Source of the DNA: Leucoraja ocellata
Taxonomy: Eukaryota
Assembly (NCBI GenBank): GCA_036785375.1
Contig: JAWMAR010000027.1
Coordinates: 9,796,001 to 9,860,000 of the forward strand
Reading direction: 5' to 3'
DNA length: 64,000 bases
Shown: positions 1 to 13,350 of the stretch, in pieces
Numbering within the stretch: position 1 is the stretch's first letter
How the letters are laid out: each line of letters begins with the position of its first letter
Made by a program: the position numbers and the translations under genes
Notes under the pieces: generated by a model
What the model was told of the DNA's origin: nothing
Databases searched by the model: none
The model's input: the letters and a program-made list of their open reading frames with translations, nothing else

Positions 1-525
1 GGTAGCCCCATTAGAGGAATAATTTGGAGGCTCTGGAGAGGGTACAGAAGAGGTTTACCAGGATGTTGCCTGAATTAGAAGATATTAGCTATAAGTAGAG
101 GTTGGACAAACTTAAATTGTTTCCTCTGGAGCGTAAAGTTGAGAGGAAGACCTATTGGAAGTTAAACAAATTATGGGAGCTATAGATAGAATCAACAGTC
201 AGAACCTTTTTTCTCAATGCAAAATAGCCAAATACAAGAGGGCACGGCTATGAGAAAGTTTAAAGGAAATATGCAGGGTAAGTTTTTTTTTCCACAGAGA
301 GGGGTGGGTGCCTGGAACATGCTGCTTGGAATAATGTTGGAAGGAAATAAAATAGTGGCATTTAAGAAGCTTATAGATACATGAATTTGCAAAGAATGGA
401 AGGGCAGGCAGAAGGATTAGTTTAAGCAGTCTTGAGATCAACACTGACATTGCAGACTTAAGGGCCTGTTCCTGTGCTATGAGTGTAGGAAGGAACTACA
501 GATGCTGGCCCTATGTTCTATGTAA
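1..525 (+). mobile_element. CR1-clade LINE 3' fragment (degenerate RT C-terminus and 3' tail)
   Basis: Translates to ALERVQKRFTRMLP near the start; ends in the aagggcctgttcctgtgct...ctatgttctatgt tail shared with other copies. Confidence 0.8.
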
Positions 526-1349
526 ATGCCAGCAAGTTTTTAATGGGACTATAAGCATTTCTCTGCTTAATCCCGGCCAATTTTGTGTTCCTGCATGAAG
601 GCAGAAAACCACAGGTCTCCAGAAGTTGGAAAATGTTCATTAAACAAATCTTTGCTAAAATGAAGGGATTTATTGAATTAAATTTTCACTTAACCTAAGT
701 TTTGTTCATGATATGAAGGGGCAGAGAACATAGTTGGAAACTATCTTTCAAACCCCAGTCAATGAAAACCAGTAACATTCAACATATGTTGATGGGGTTA
801 TTGGAATGAACTCGGTGAAATAAATAATCTATTTAAAATAACAGTGGGAAGGAGCCTCTTCAAGCACCTACACTCTTCCATCTGTTAATAATGATCATTG
901 GATGTGAATGGTCAGCTTGGACGTGTTAGTGCATCAAAACAAGTGTGGTTTGCCTTTTATTTACTGCATCCTTGTTGGGAAGAGAATGACCTCTTTCCTT
1001 TCCATCCATGGAAAATGGTACAATCTGTGAAAATAAACTGTTCAAAGCACCTCTACAGATACAAACTCTTGGACAACAAAGAGTTCTTTTGAAACATAAC
1101 CTATTTTTGTTTACTGAGGGACATGAGCAACAACTCTAAAGCCAGTAATTTCCAGACTGCACACTGATGCTGCATCCTCATGGAGTCTTACCCTGGTGAC
1201 AACACTCACCGGACATACTTTGGGTAAGACCATTACACCAATTCATTCAATTAGAGGTGAATGGCAGGTGGGGAATAAAGTCGGGTCATTTCAATATTTT
1301 ATCAATTGATTTCACTAAATATTATTTACTTTGTGAAGTTCATAAGCCC

Positions 1350-1490
1350 AAAGGTATATGGATAGGACAGGTTTGGAGGGATATGGACCAAGCGCAGCCA
1401 GATGGGACTCATGTAGCTGGGACATGTTGGCCGGTATGGGCAAGTTGGGCCGAAGGGCCTGCTTCCACACAGCATCACTCTATGACTCTT
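1350..1490 (+). mobile_element. CR1 LINE 3' tail
   Basis: atggataggacaggtttggagggatatgg...gggccgaagggcctg...ctctatgactct; near-identical to 10685-10822 and 37895-38020. Confidence 0.8.
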
Positions 1491-1559
1491 CCACACAGTA
1501 TCACTTAATCGGAGTTTTAGTTTACTTAATATTAGTATCACTTAATCGGAGTTTCACTT

Positions 1560-1712
1560 AATCGGAGAATTAGGCCATTTGGCCCATCAAGCCTACTCTG
1601 CCATTCAATCATGGCTGGTCTTTCTCTCTCAACCCCATTCTCCTGCCTTCACCCCATAACCTCTGGCACGTACTAATCAATAATCTATCAAGCTCTGCTT
1701 TAAAAAAAATCC
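1560..1712 (-). mobile_element. CR1 LINE 3' tail (second subfamily)
   Basis: Reverse complement of the aaggcaggagaatggggttgagag...cagccatgattgaatggc motif seen at 13240-13350. Confidence 0.7.
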
Positions 1713-2376
1713 ACAGAAGTGTTTTTATTTGCTTTAATTTTATTTTGTTCAATTTTAACTTTGTTCAATGTTTTTAAGGGTGCAGTAGCATAGCATTTAA
1801 GTTGCTGCTCTGTTATCCTGAGATCTGGAATGTAGGTCTAGAGATGTGGATTCAAATTCTTGGAGCAATTTGCCTTCGCACAGCCGATATTGCTCAGCAT
1901 CAGATTCACATCTGATGATGTCAGCCTGTTGCCAGCAGGGATTTATGCATTTACAGGCAGATATTGACTGCTCGGGAATGAGCTGTGACTTGCATTTCTT
2001 TCACTTGCACTTAAATAATGAGCTATACTTCAGCAAATTGCAAAGCAGGCCACTTGACAAGCTCCCAATGGGATATTAATTTCATGCCCACCATCTCCTC
2101 AGGACTTGTGTTTTCAGCTGAAGATCATCGTATCTCTCTGTTATGTGACATTAGTTTTTGGATGCTGTGCTCACTGCCCCTGTAGTAGTTTAAGGAGCAG
2201 TAGCTTCAGGTGATTAAGGGCACCAATGTTGTCACACAGGAAAGTCCTATGTCCTGCCTCCCTCCCTCCCAAATCACCCCAAACAAAACCCCCTGCCACC
2301 ACCAATTACAGCCCCTCCCCACTTCCCCCCTTTGATGTAATGACGAGTGTTCTTTAAACCTGACTTGCGTCCTGGC

Positions 2377-2470
2377 AGAAGATAGACCCAAAATGCTAGA
2401 GTAAGTCAGCGGGACATGCAGCATCTCTGGAGAGAAGGAAAGGGTGACGTTTCAGGTCGAGGCCTTTCTT
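2377..2470 (-). mobile_element. Short PLE-derived element (decayed hammerhead core)
   Basis: Reverse complement of the family consensus (...gaaacgtcaccc...ctccagagatgctg...cccgctgacttactc...). Confidence 0.75.
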
Positions 2471-4240
2471 GCACCCTGGCAGTCAGCGCAGCTATCGGAA
2501 ACTTGCAAGTAATGTTTACGCTTGTGCTTCAGGGTGAAAACTGCATTCTTTTTTTTTTAAACCAGCTTTTTCACCTTTTTTTTTACAGATCACCTGATTT
2601 GACAGAAGCATTATTGGTTTAGTGCTCTAAAAAAGGTTGAACCAGTTTCTGGGCACATTTACTATTGCTGCAAAGAAGCTTTTATCATAAGCTACACATT
2701 CAGGTTATGATGGGCTTGGTTTTGAAACATTTAGTGTAAGCAGGGGGGAATGATTTTGGTGAGATCTTGAACGTGGAAGGTAAAATTGTTTATGTATCCG
2801 TGGAAATCAAGCCGTGGAAAATTGGGTAAAAAGAGATTTATACATTTGCAGATGCATAAACATTAACCTCAAACTACACACTGTACCTAAAACCTGGATT
2901 AGCTTGGGTGGAATGTCATAAACAAGGGGCACATCTGTCTCTCAAGAAACTGAATGGAACGTGTTATTTTCTGTGAATAGCAACAAACTGATAAATGTGT
3001 CGACAATTGTCCTAATAAATGGCCCAAATTGTCAAAAATGCTGATTTAAGCAGCGCTATTTGCTAAACCGATAATTGAATAATGAAGTTTAATTGTAAGC
3101 CCAGTTAATGTAAGTGATTCATTTAGTCCAAATTACATTTATGATCCAGTAACTTGGAACTTTCTATGAGCATGGTTTGCAGTTTCAGGGCTCTGCAGAA
3201 TGTCTGCAGAATATGCAGTACGGTTTGATTTAGTTGCAAGGCCAAAAGATTACTCAAGGGCAGATGAAAATCCGAGATAATTTAATGAAATCCAATAAAC
3301 AGTTTAAAGTAGATAAAAACAGAGATGGCATACCCCGGATAGTATATTGGTTGGAATAATAATTGATTTAATAATCCAGAGTCTATATTGCTATTTCAAA
3401 AAAATCAGAATTCAAGAATTGAACTGCTGTTAACATTTAAATAATTGTAAAACCCAGCTAGTTCACTGATGTTATGTTTAGAAGGAATCCTTTCACCCCA
3501 TAGTAAAGGGTCAGGCAAATATGTGACTGGTTTTACACCAACTTGACTAGCCTTGATTTGCTCCTAAGGCATTTGGAGATTGCCAGGAAATGCAAGTTAT
3601 GGGCACATCCAGGGACTGGACTACAAGTCCTTTCAGCAGAGGGAGAGAAAAGAGGTTCTTGATGGACAAATCATGTATTTAAAGGATAACTTTATTCCTT
3701 CAGTTTAATAGAATTAACTGCTGTGAATATTATTTTACCTTTTCTTCATATTCAAGTGATTGATCAAATATTCTTTCCAGATATTATTTATCGCAGGAGA
3801 TGCATTTCAGTAGCAAAACTGAGGCTAAAGGTTAAGGCGATGCTCTTAAAGACCGTACAAAAAACACTCATGCAGTGTGGAGCATTTTAAATAGATCACT
3901 AGGTGGTTCCAAGATTGGTTCAAGCTTTTCAACAAGATCTCTGTGGAAAGTCCTACTGTCTGTTCACTGAAAGATTTGATGGTACAAATTTACTGAGCTA
4001 GTAAATGTCAGAATCTTTATTTTGTACTTTCCTGGGCCCTTTGCTGAGAACCTATTTTACTGGTTTCTGGAGCCTGGTGTTCAGCTGCAAGACAGACAGC
4101 ATCAGGCCTCTGTTGGTGTGAAGGCCAGGCCCCAACATCCTGCAACATCTGGCAAGAAAGGGGTGGAACTTGATCAATTCTGAACAGTTGTCAAAAGTTG
4201 TATTATTGTAAACTTTTAAATGTCTCTAACATTCAGAAAC

Positions 4241-4370
4241 AGCCTGAAGAACGTTCCCGACCCAAAAGGCCATCTATTGATTCACTGCATAGATGATGCC
4301 TAACCTACTGAGTTCCTCCAGCCATCTTGTATATTGCTCAAGGTTTCAGCATCTGCAGTTCTTTGTGTCA
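4241..4370 (+). mobile_element. Short PLE-derived element
   Basis: ctgaagaacgttcccgacccaaaa...gagttcctccagc...cagcatctgcagttc. Confidence 0.7.
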
Positions 4371-5390
4371 AAACATTATCTCACCCTGTTGCTACTTTTT
4401 CTCACCAGCTCTTAATGCTCATCTATCATGCTCGTATTTGCCTTTGTAAATAATGAAACATAAATGTCCTATTTTAATTCAGACAGTTTAATTAGTTAAT
4501 GTTAAGGGACACCTCGTACAGCAGATGATTTAATCATGAAGTCTTTAGTGCACATGTTATGGTTGTCTCATTCAACCTTTCACACTCTGCCACTGGGCAA
4601 TCAGAAGGCCAAGGACATTGGCACATGAATCACATTTCATATTCACTCTCCCGAGATGGTATCCTCATTCCAAAAATTCATACTTGTTTTCAGGCTGACA
4701 AAATTCACTTGTGAAGCAGGAGGAGTTGGGTGACAGACTGCTCCCAGATAGAAACTAATGACCTTTTAGTTAAGGGGGGGGGGGGGGGTTCAAAGAGTCA
4801 GCTGATCAAACTCCACAGTTCCTGGCTGAGCTTTGTCAAATATAATCTCGTGTATTCTTACATTTATTTCTCAATGATGAAACTCTTTTTTTCTTTAAAG
4901 ACTTTGGTTACCACCACCAGGATGCAGCTGAACAGAGTTGTAAATGTTTGTACACCCTTGGAATCCCTCCAGTATATATTAGGAAGTTAATTATATTGAT
5001 TCATACTGTGTTCCAAGAGAAGTAATTAAAGATCTAACTATCTAAGCAAATCTGTGTGGCTGTTGCCTTGGCGAGGTGACCATTGTTCATAAACAAAAGG
5101 TTTTCATGGGTGAATTCCATTTCCTCTGGACCCACCAAAGTTAAATTTCAGTCATCCCTATCTTCGTGTTGTATAAATATAATTCATGTGAAATACTATA
5201 GTTTACTGACACCTTTTATGTGAAGCATATTAGTCCTAAATGAGGCTCTTAGAAGTTAATCATTATTTTGTTTGAGATGAATAATTCATATTGACTTCAA
5301 AAAAACAGGAAGTAGCACACTGGGGAACCATATTTCCAAAATGTCTTAAATTGTAAAATGAGATATAGCTCATTTAAAATCTCAAGGGGT

Positions 5391-5687
5391 TTTGTTTAGT
5401 TTTGAGATATAGCATGGATACAGGCCATTCAGCCCTCCGAGTCGATGCTGACCATCGTTCACCCATGCACCAGTTCTATGTTAGAACACTTTTGTATCCT
5501 AAACACTAGGGGCAATTTACAGAATCAATTAACTTACAACCCCTTTGGAATGTGGGAGGAAACTGGAGCACCCAGAGAAAACTCATGCAGTCATAGGAAG
5601 AACGTACAAACTCCACACGGACAGCACCAAACCCGGGCCTTTAATGCTGTGAGGCAGCAGCTCGACCGCTGCGCGACTGTGCCGCCC
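5391..5687 (-). mobile_element. HE1-like tRNA-derived V-SINE
   Basis: Minus strand has a tRNA-like head (gggcggcacagtcgcgcagcggtcgag), the V-domain-like ttttctctgggtgctccagtttcctcccacattccaaag, and a CR1-like tail ending in aaactaaac. Confidence 0.8.
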
Positions 5688-6264
5688 TGTCTAAAGTGTT
5701 ATTGCAAAAAAATTAATTATTGATTATGCATTTAAGGTGAAAGGTCAGTGGCATTATCTGCTACAATTACTTTCTGAATTAAACAATGTCATATTTCCAT
5801 GAATAGGGTTTGCCCCCTAACTATTTGTGCGTAAGTTGCTGCTCTTTGCTGCACTCGCAGTGGAGGCGCTGAGCACTGGAACCACCTAAAAAGTCAGGTG
5901 AATTTCCCTGGTCTGTTCATGCAGATCCACAGCCCAATTAGGGAGTTGTTCTGGCGTCGAGCAGATTGCTGGGTGATGATTTGGAAGCTGTAATCTGATC
6001 TCAGGATGTAGATGATGATTCAAAATTCTTCTTGGAGTTCATTTTATCAGCTGATAGATCACTAACTGATTAGATTAGTAACTGAGTCTCCTGCAGGGTT
6101 TCTCCTCTTTGTTGTGAGTTGGTTTGTGGAAGATAAAATCAATTCAGTGAACGAAGAAACCTATGTCAAAAAGGAAACTTTCATCTAACTTTAATGTTAT
6201 AGCATGAATGTATACTGTTAACCAGCACAGGCTAAAGTTATATCTATATCTATATATATATATA

Positions 6265-6408
6265 TATATTGGTGAGACCAAGCGCAGGCTCGCTCAGTCT
6301 ACCTAAACCTACCTGATCTCCCAGTTGCTAAAAACTTTAACACCCCCTCCCTACAGCAATTTTGTGTCTAACTTCGGTTTAAACCAGCATCTGTAGTTTC
6401 TTCCTACA
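6265..6408 (+). mobile_element. Penelope-like element remnant: GIY-YIG endonuclease fragment fused to the short-element 3' end
   Basis: YIGETKRRL then, after a deletion and frameshift, RSVYLNLPDLPVAKNFNTPS, directly followed by ttttgtgtcta...aaaccagcatctgtagtttcttcctaca. Confidence 0.8.
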
Positions 6409-6930
6409 ACCGGCTGAAGTTTATTGAGCTGGGATAGATTCTTGTGTTCCATGTCAGAACAACGAGATGACACAAGAACACAACATCTCGGCTGAATACT
6501 ATCTCAATTCTTGCAATCATCTGACGTTGAATAACGAAATCGGATTTCCTCTATTTGCAATGATGGAAAAATAAATAATCCTGTTCTATAATAAGTGTTT
6601 CAGTTACATAATAGAGGAGATGTTGTGAATCATATATATGCTTTGGTTAAGGGAAATTTCATCTGAAAACTGTTACACCCAATAGGCAGTATGATGCTTG
6701 ACATTAATCTTAAGTGACAGTAATTAGAGATCTTGGTGGGAATGTAACAAATATCATAGTTATTGTCAATTGAAGAATATTAATGTTATTATTTAATGCT
6801 GCAATTGTAAAGCAATTTCTACCTCGATGAAGCACATATCTGAGAAGCATAAAATTGTACTGGAGACAGAAAAAATATCATGTAGAATAATAATTTAACT
6901 TGAAATGCTGAGTGAAATTTTGATTCAAAC

Positions 6931-7057
6931 ATGAAGAGGGGTCTTGACTCGACATATTACCCATTCCTTTTCTCCAGAGATGCTGCCTGACCTGCTGAGT
7001 TACTCCAGCCCATTGTGTCTGTCTTTGGTTTAAACCAGAATCAGTTCCTCCTTACAC
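6931..7057 (+). mobile_element. Short PLE-derived element
   Basis: Matches the family consensus, with a decayed core. Confidence 0.75.
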
Positions 7058-7768
7058 ATGAAATAGATCAATTTGGTAACAGATCAATTTGTGTCTGATA
7101 TTGGACAATTCTGTCACACCAACAGTGCCAGATATACAAAATGAATTATCATATTAGACAAAATTGGTTGTTGGTATAGGAGAAATAGATGTAAGAAAAG
7201 CAAATGGATGACAAGTCCAAAGGGAGAATTATCCTGCTCATTTGTTATGCCCTCGTGGTCTCTGTTAGAGACACTGACTAATGCATAATGGTATTGTGCT
7301 TTTATGTTTCATACTGCAGTAATAAGTATTCAATATTATTACTCAATTGCTGACTAGTGGTGTAGATGAGTATTTTAGTCACACATTGTAATACACAATC
7401 ATTTTATTTTGAGCTAGGACTAGGGAAACAAAAAAAATAAGGTCCAGCAATCTGGAGAAAGGTCTGAAAGCAGTAGATGCATCAGCTCGGAAAATGTGTC
7501 TGCAGTGAGATTGCCAATGGCATTGCTCAGAATAACATCTAGAACTGTTCATTCAATGAAGAACCAGCATTCACAGATGCTGAAGGCTACTCAGTAACAT
7601 ATTCACTGTAAAAGGCCAAACACTTTGCTGCTATTTTCACTCAACAATAACGTGTATTTTCTCAAATGTATTTCTTTTTAGTAAGTAGATGAACATAAGG
7701 TTGAAAAATGACGAAATAAATCTATAATGCTAGAAGAAATTATTGGTATTTATAAGAAGTCTATAGCG

Positions 7769-7901
7769 CAGTCTGAAAAAGGGTCACAACCCGAATTGTC
7801 ACCTATCCATGTTCTCCAGAGATGCTGTCTGACTTGCTGAGTTATTCCAGCACTTTGTGTCCTTTTGTGCATTGACCGGCCTCTGCAGTTCCTTGTTTCT
7901 A
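7769..7901 (+). mobile_element. Short PLE-derived element
   Basis: cagtctgaaaaagggtcacaacccgaattgtcacc...ctgcagttccttgtttcta. Confidence 0.75.
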
Positions 7902-8101
7902 AATCTGCAGTGCTCCCTGATTCTGGTAAGATAATAATGAATATTTTTGCAATCTATTCTAACTACTCTTGAGAAAAGAATGGACTATTTACAATGCTTT
8001 CATTTTAGTGTATATTTTCCAACATTGTACAAGATTCGTACAATGTGAACTACAAATCGTTTCTGTGTTACTGACAGCTTCCATTTTGGTTTTATCCACA
8101 G

Positions 8102-8205
8102 ATCCAGACGGTGGAAAAAGTGGAGCCTCAGCATCGAACACTTGTACATTGTCAGCCTTTAGTACGATAGTGCTATCTTTGTCAGCCAGATCAGCATTAT
8201 GGTGA
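8102..8205 (+). CDS. Terminal coding exon of a contactin (CNTN4/CNTN3 group), GPI-anchor signal
   Basis: Branch-like ctgac (~8071), pyrimidine tract and cag acceptor (ag 8100-8101). Phase-1 exon xPDGGKSGASASNTCTLSAFSTIVLSLSARSALW* closely resembles the recalled CNTN4 C-terminus ([28 protein letters not shown]). Confidence 0.85.
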
Positions 8206-9460
8206 AAACATACACTGACTTACCTGACATCCTTTAATCAGTCAAAGATCTAAAGACTTGTAATGAGTAAATCTACAAATTTTGCTATTGTGCATTTACT
8301 GACCCACCAATGTTATCTTTTCCTATAAATCTTTATGACTGTACATTTTGTCATTTCAAATTTATGTGGACAAACCAGTAATTACCAGTACAATTCATGC
8401 AACAGGTTAAATTAAGACATATGTTCTTTGCCTGAGGTTTTGTTTGGGTTTTTCAAATGCACTAAAGTCAACATCTGAAAAACATCAGACACTTGATGTT
8501 ACCAAAGCGTACAATCTAATGGTTTGCATATAATGTACAGATGGCTATATTTATACATGTGAAATGTTCAGTATTTTGAAATTATTATTTAGCACAATTT
8601 TTTTAAGTATCTTGGAATGTGTTGTTGGTTTTAACATTGTAATACAATTTTCAAATTTGTCACCTGTACCAGAAATCATTGTTGCCTGTATGAAAATAGG
8701 AGATTTAACCAGATAACATTGGTGCAGTATCTATACCTTAACTGACAAAGATTTCTCTGGAATATCCAGGCGCAGTCATAACAAATGAAAAATAAAATGT
8801 ATGTACTCACTTCCACATTTCACAACTATTGATGACTTCCTATGATTTGAAATGCATTATATTTTTGTTGCAGCAAGCCAACCTGGATTATCTAGTATAT
8901 TCTAATGTAGTAACAAGCAATGAAGTTTAATTAAAATATAATGACGAACAAGGCTAAAATTGATTGTTAGGTATGCATTGGTCAAGTGTAATATGCAGCA
9001 TATTTACAAAGTCTATAGCTGGGGGAGGGGGAGAAGTAAGACAACAGACGATAAAGGTGAAATAAATCAAATCTGTGATGTTGCATGTGAAGGTGCATTT
9101 ATTTTTCTGTTAAATTAATGTACATAAGTCTTACAGTGCATATTTGTAAATATACATCAGGAGCAACATAATTTTACAATAAGCTGTTACTAGATTAGCT
9201 GTAAAGGTGAGCTGGTCAGTTTGATTACCGGATTGAATCTAAATGGTTGTTATAGTCTTTTAAAAGTTTGATCTACTTTCAGAAAAATAATTGTTTACAA
9301 CTATGTTTTTTAAACTTCAAATCTGTTTTATATTTTTCATTTGTCTGTTATGACTGGCCACTGTTAATGTAGGCAGCAGTATTTACATTTAAATATTGTT
9401 TGCTTAATTCTGTAAATAGTAATTTGACAAAAATCCTTTGAAATAAATCTGCCTTGAAAC
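8206..9460 (+). other. Probable contactin 3' UTR
   Basis: Repeat-free AT-rich stretch after the stop codon, with several ATTTA motifs and AATAAA at ~8791, ~9061 and ~9442; true end unknown. Confidence 0.6.
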
Positions 9461-10429
9461 AGTTTTCCCCCATTATCATCCTCTTAATAATCCCCTAGAA
9501 TACTATTTTCTATCTGTCGTAAATAACAGTTTTTCACGATCCTATCTTTTTGCCAAAGGATCAAGACAAATATTAGAAGCCAAGTTTGGGAGATGTACAT
9601 TTATAGTTTAGGTACAGGTTCATATTTAGAATTAGGATTGTAATATAAATGGCATTGTATGAACAAGACTCAGTTTAAATATAATGTCCGCATAGGGCTA
9701 TAAATATGCACATATTTTGAACTCCCGTGGCAATGTTCACAGGTAATTTGGTTTCTGATCTTTGCCATGGCACCACTGAGGCCTAAATGTGAGACCAATT
9801 CATTCATCCCTGTCACACATTGGCTCAGACATTCCTATAAAAGTGACAGTGAAGCTAATGTACTCTCTGTAACTTGCACTACTTCAGCTGAGGAGGAGGA
9901 GGTACAGAGTTGAAGTGAAAAGTTACTGATCCAGTTACAAACATGCATCAGTAGCTCTGCTGAAATGGCGTGTTGCTGTCCGGCTCATCATTGAAATGCA
10001 TTGAACATTGTAAAATTGCTGCTTTTGTCGTAGTTGCAAATTAAACTTCAGAGAAATTTAAATCTTGTCCACTTTAATCTAAGTTCTCTTTTAATGACAA
10101 GATGTTAATTATTGCCAGACAACCCTCTGACTTTGAAAATCAACTGTTACAATTGTGGCCTCACTATTTCATGTTTGAATTCTTTGTAATTTTAAACACT
10201 CTTTACTTTGTCCCCTTTATGTCATATTGTTCCCCTTTCTTAATTCATGTTGTCTCTCTTTCAGTGTCTTTGCAATGAATTGGCCCATTTGAATATATTG
10301 TTCTTTTTCAGTACTTGTTCTGCTACTTTAACGCTTGTTCAATCTAATTGGATGAGGAGGTTCTTTGTGGCTTACTTTATTTACTTGCCATTTGTACCCA
10401 GTAACTTCACCAAAGATACTGATTGTGGA

Positions 10430-10822
10430 TATCCAGGGAATGGAGGGATATGGATTATGTGCAGGCAGATAAGAGTTGGCCATGGCATCATGTTTGGCAC
10501 AGGCATTGTTGGCCATCGGGTCTGTTCTTCAGCTGTATTGTTCTAGGTTCTATGTTCCATAAAAGGACCAGTGAAAGATCTTATTAAATTTCCTCCTTTA
10601 TAAATGTCTCTCCCGGTAAATTCATGGGGACATTGGAACTGACTTCTGACAAAAGTATTGCATATCTCACAGGAATTAAAAGATGTACATGGATAGGACA
10701 AGTTTGGAGGGATATGGACCAAGTGCAGGCAGGTGGGACTAGTGTAGCTGAGACATTTTGGCCAGTGTGGGCAAGTTGGGCCGAAGGGCCTGTTTCCACA
10801 CTGTATCACTCTATGACTCTAT
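10430..10822 (+). mobile_element. Two CR1 LINE 3' tails (10430-10560 and 10685-10822)
   Basis: ggaatggagggatatgg...ttctatgttc and ...gggccgaagggcctgtttccacactgtatcactctatgactctat. Confidence 0.75.
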
Positions 10823-12994
10823 GTAACACGTGTGAAAATTGACATTAGATTTTACATGCCTCATTTTCTAACATATTTAAGATGAAAGTAGTGTTTTTAA
10901 TGTTGCTTAAATTTCTCAGTCCTATTTTAAATTTTGCTTCAACCACGTTATTGATTTATGTTACCTACTGAAGAAGGTCTGACTATATTTAATTTTTCTT
11001 CCTCCCGACCTACACCAGCCTTTCAACAAGCCACTCAGCTGGTCTCAAAATGATCCATTCCCCTAATTTCCAATGTGTACCTTTGGTCCTTGCTTCGGTT
11101 GTCATTGGTGAAGAAGCACTGTGCGGGGAAGCTCTCACTTCACTGTTTATGTCCAATTGGCAAGATATTGATCATTTGGTAATCGGTTGTGGTAACAATT
11201 GGTCTAACCAATTGAATCTTTCATTGTAAACATATACTCTAATTACAACAGTGTGAACCCGCCACGGACCATATTAACACAGATAGTGCAACAGTTAGTT
11301 CATGATTTACATTTTAAAGGTATATCCTTTGTTAAGCGCTGTGGAAAAATAGCAGATCTCTAATTTGAATTATTTTTTCTTCACGTCACAGAATGTTCAT
11401 GTGTGTGATTTTTGCCTGAATATCAAAGTTTTGCAGGATTAATTGAAAATGTGTAACATAACGCATTCGTTCTCACATGTATAATAGCTCATGGAATCTT
11501 TATACTTGGAAATTGAGAGGAGCTTCTTTTGATACTGAAAAGTCAGCCACTATAACTTTGATGTGTTCAATAATTTTTTAACATAAAATCAAGAATGTTA
11601 TATACATGAAAAAATTCTGTTGCATATTCAAGAAGTCTCTAAGGTGTGTCTCTGGAACCTACAGACTAAGTCAACCTATAGAACAGTTGGTCACCTTAGA
11701 GAATCTTAAAGGAGTGATAAATGTAAAGTACAAATCATCCTTCCTCATCAATATTTCATATATTACATGACTTTCCTTTTTAAAGAAACAGTCTGATATC
11801 ATATATTTCAAATATTAATATAACCAAGCAATCATTTCATACACTGCTAATGTTACTTGAGTTGAGTAATAGATTGATCAGGCAGTGTAGGTCCATCACT
11901 CTCTCAGGACAACAATATTATTTTCACTTCTTGTCAAAAACTGCGTGTTGACTTCTCCTTAACAAAATCTCCTTTACGGAATACGTTGAGTACTGCAAGC
12001 TTCTCTTCTCATCCTCCAGCGACTTGGTTAAAATCAGGAAAGTTTCAAATTTTTATATGTTTTCCCTGGACCTGCATATTTCCGATCCCCCCCACATGCC
12101 CAACTCATCCCAGAGTACAATGTCTATCATGCCGGCTTCTCGCAGCTTGTATCATGATGCTGCCCCTGCCTTTACACTTTTCCCTTTCCAATTGAGTTGA
12201 ACGAGACTCTACCATGTTCTATTCATTGACATAACGTTCGTTCGTCGCGTTTTATTCCATTACTTTTCATGAGTTGTTCAAATTCAAATGATTTAAGCTG
12301 TGAACCATTATTGGCGAAGACTTATTCAGGAAGTCCATATGAGGCAAAGATAGATCTCAAGTCTTCATTTGTTCAATCTGTCACAGTGCACATTCTCATT
12401 GTTTTATTTCCTAGCTACTTAGAATAACTCGCAATTAATATTATACAATTCTGGGCTTCACATCCTCACTTTTGCAAACATTGCTCTTTAGTTCCTTGCT
12501 AGCAAGCATGCACCTCAGTCTTGTTGCAATTCATTGTCTGCCTCTCAGACTCTCCCAACTGATATGGTCATGCAGTGCTTAACAACTTTGTCACTTCTAA
12601 TCATTGTGGTTCTTCCACATACTATTCTTGTCACCAGTGTGAAGTATGAGGATTCAGTGGATTCCTAACCTTAAAGAGAATCCGTTTCTGAATGTGCAGA
12701 TTTACATGGGTAAGCATGGAAAGAGGATGTGTGGTTCAGCCCACAAACAGTGTCTAGAAGCCAGAGAGCAATGAGCAATATATGATGCCGTCCTCAATGT
12801 GGTCAACATCGTTAAAGCAATGGTCATTATTCACACCTGATATTGCACCAGGCCAACAAATGTTTTTGAGTTGCCACCACTAGAGTAAAGCTCAAGGGGC
12901 TGTGTAATTCTGCCCTTGTATAAGTAAAGACCTCTCCATTGCACATCATGCAAAGAAACATCACTGGGCCCTTGACCAACCGTGAAGCCAGGCC

Positions 12995-13350
12995 TTGAGG
13001 ATATCAGAGCAGTTGATGTGGTGAGAATTTTTCCAGTTGTTGGAGTGTCTAGGGCCAGAGGGGAGAGCCTCAGAATAAAATAAGGTATCTTTAGAATGAA
13101 GATGAGGAGAAATGTCTTTAGCCAGAGAATGGTGAATATGTGGAATTCATTTCCACAGACACCGTGGAGGCCGTCATTGGCCATTAGTAAACCGCAGATT
13201 GATAGTTCTTGATTAGTAAGGTGTCAAAGGTTACAGAGAGAAGGCAGGAGAATGGGGTTGAGAGGGATAAATAGATCAGCCATGCTTGAATGGGGTAGGT
13301 GACTCCATGGTCCGCATGGTCTAATTCTGCTCCTAGGTCTTATGGTCTTC
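12995..13350 (+). mobile_element. CR1 LINE 3' fragment
   Basis: Encodes degenerate SRARGESLRIK...FRMKMRRNVFSQRMVNMWNSFPQ, followed by the 3' tail. Confidence 0.8.

Noticed and set aside
4640-4690. DGILIPKI resembling the end of the penultimate contactin exon
   Set aside because: No FN3 similarity upstream and no donor site; that exon is probably before the window
7969-8101. N-terminal part of the 78-aa ORF
   Set aside because: Intronic branch point and pyrimidine tract; only 8102-8205 is coding
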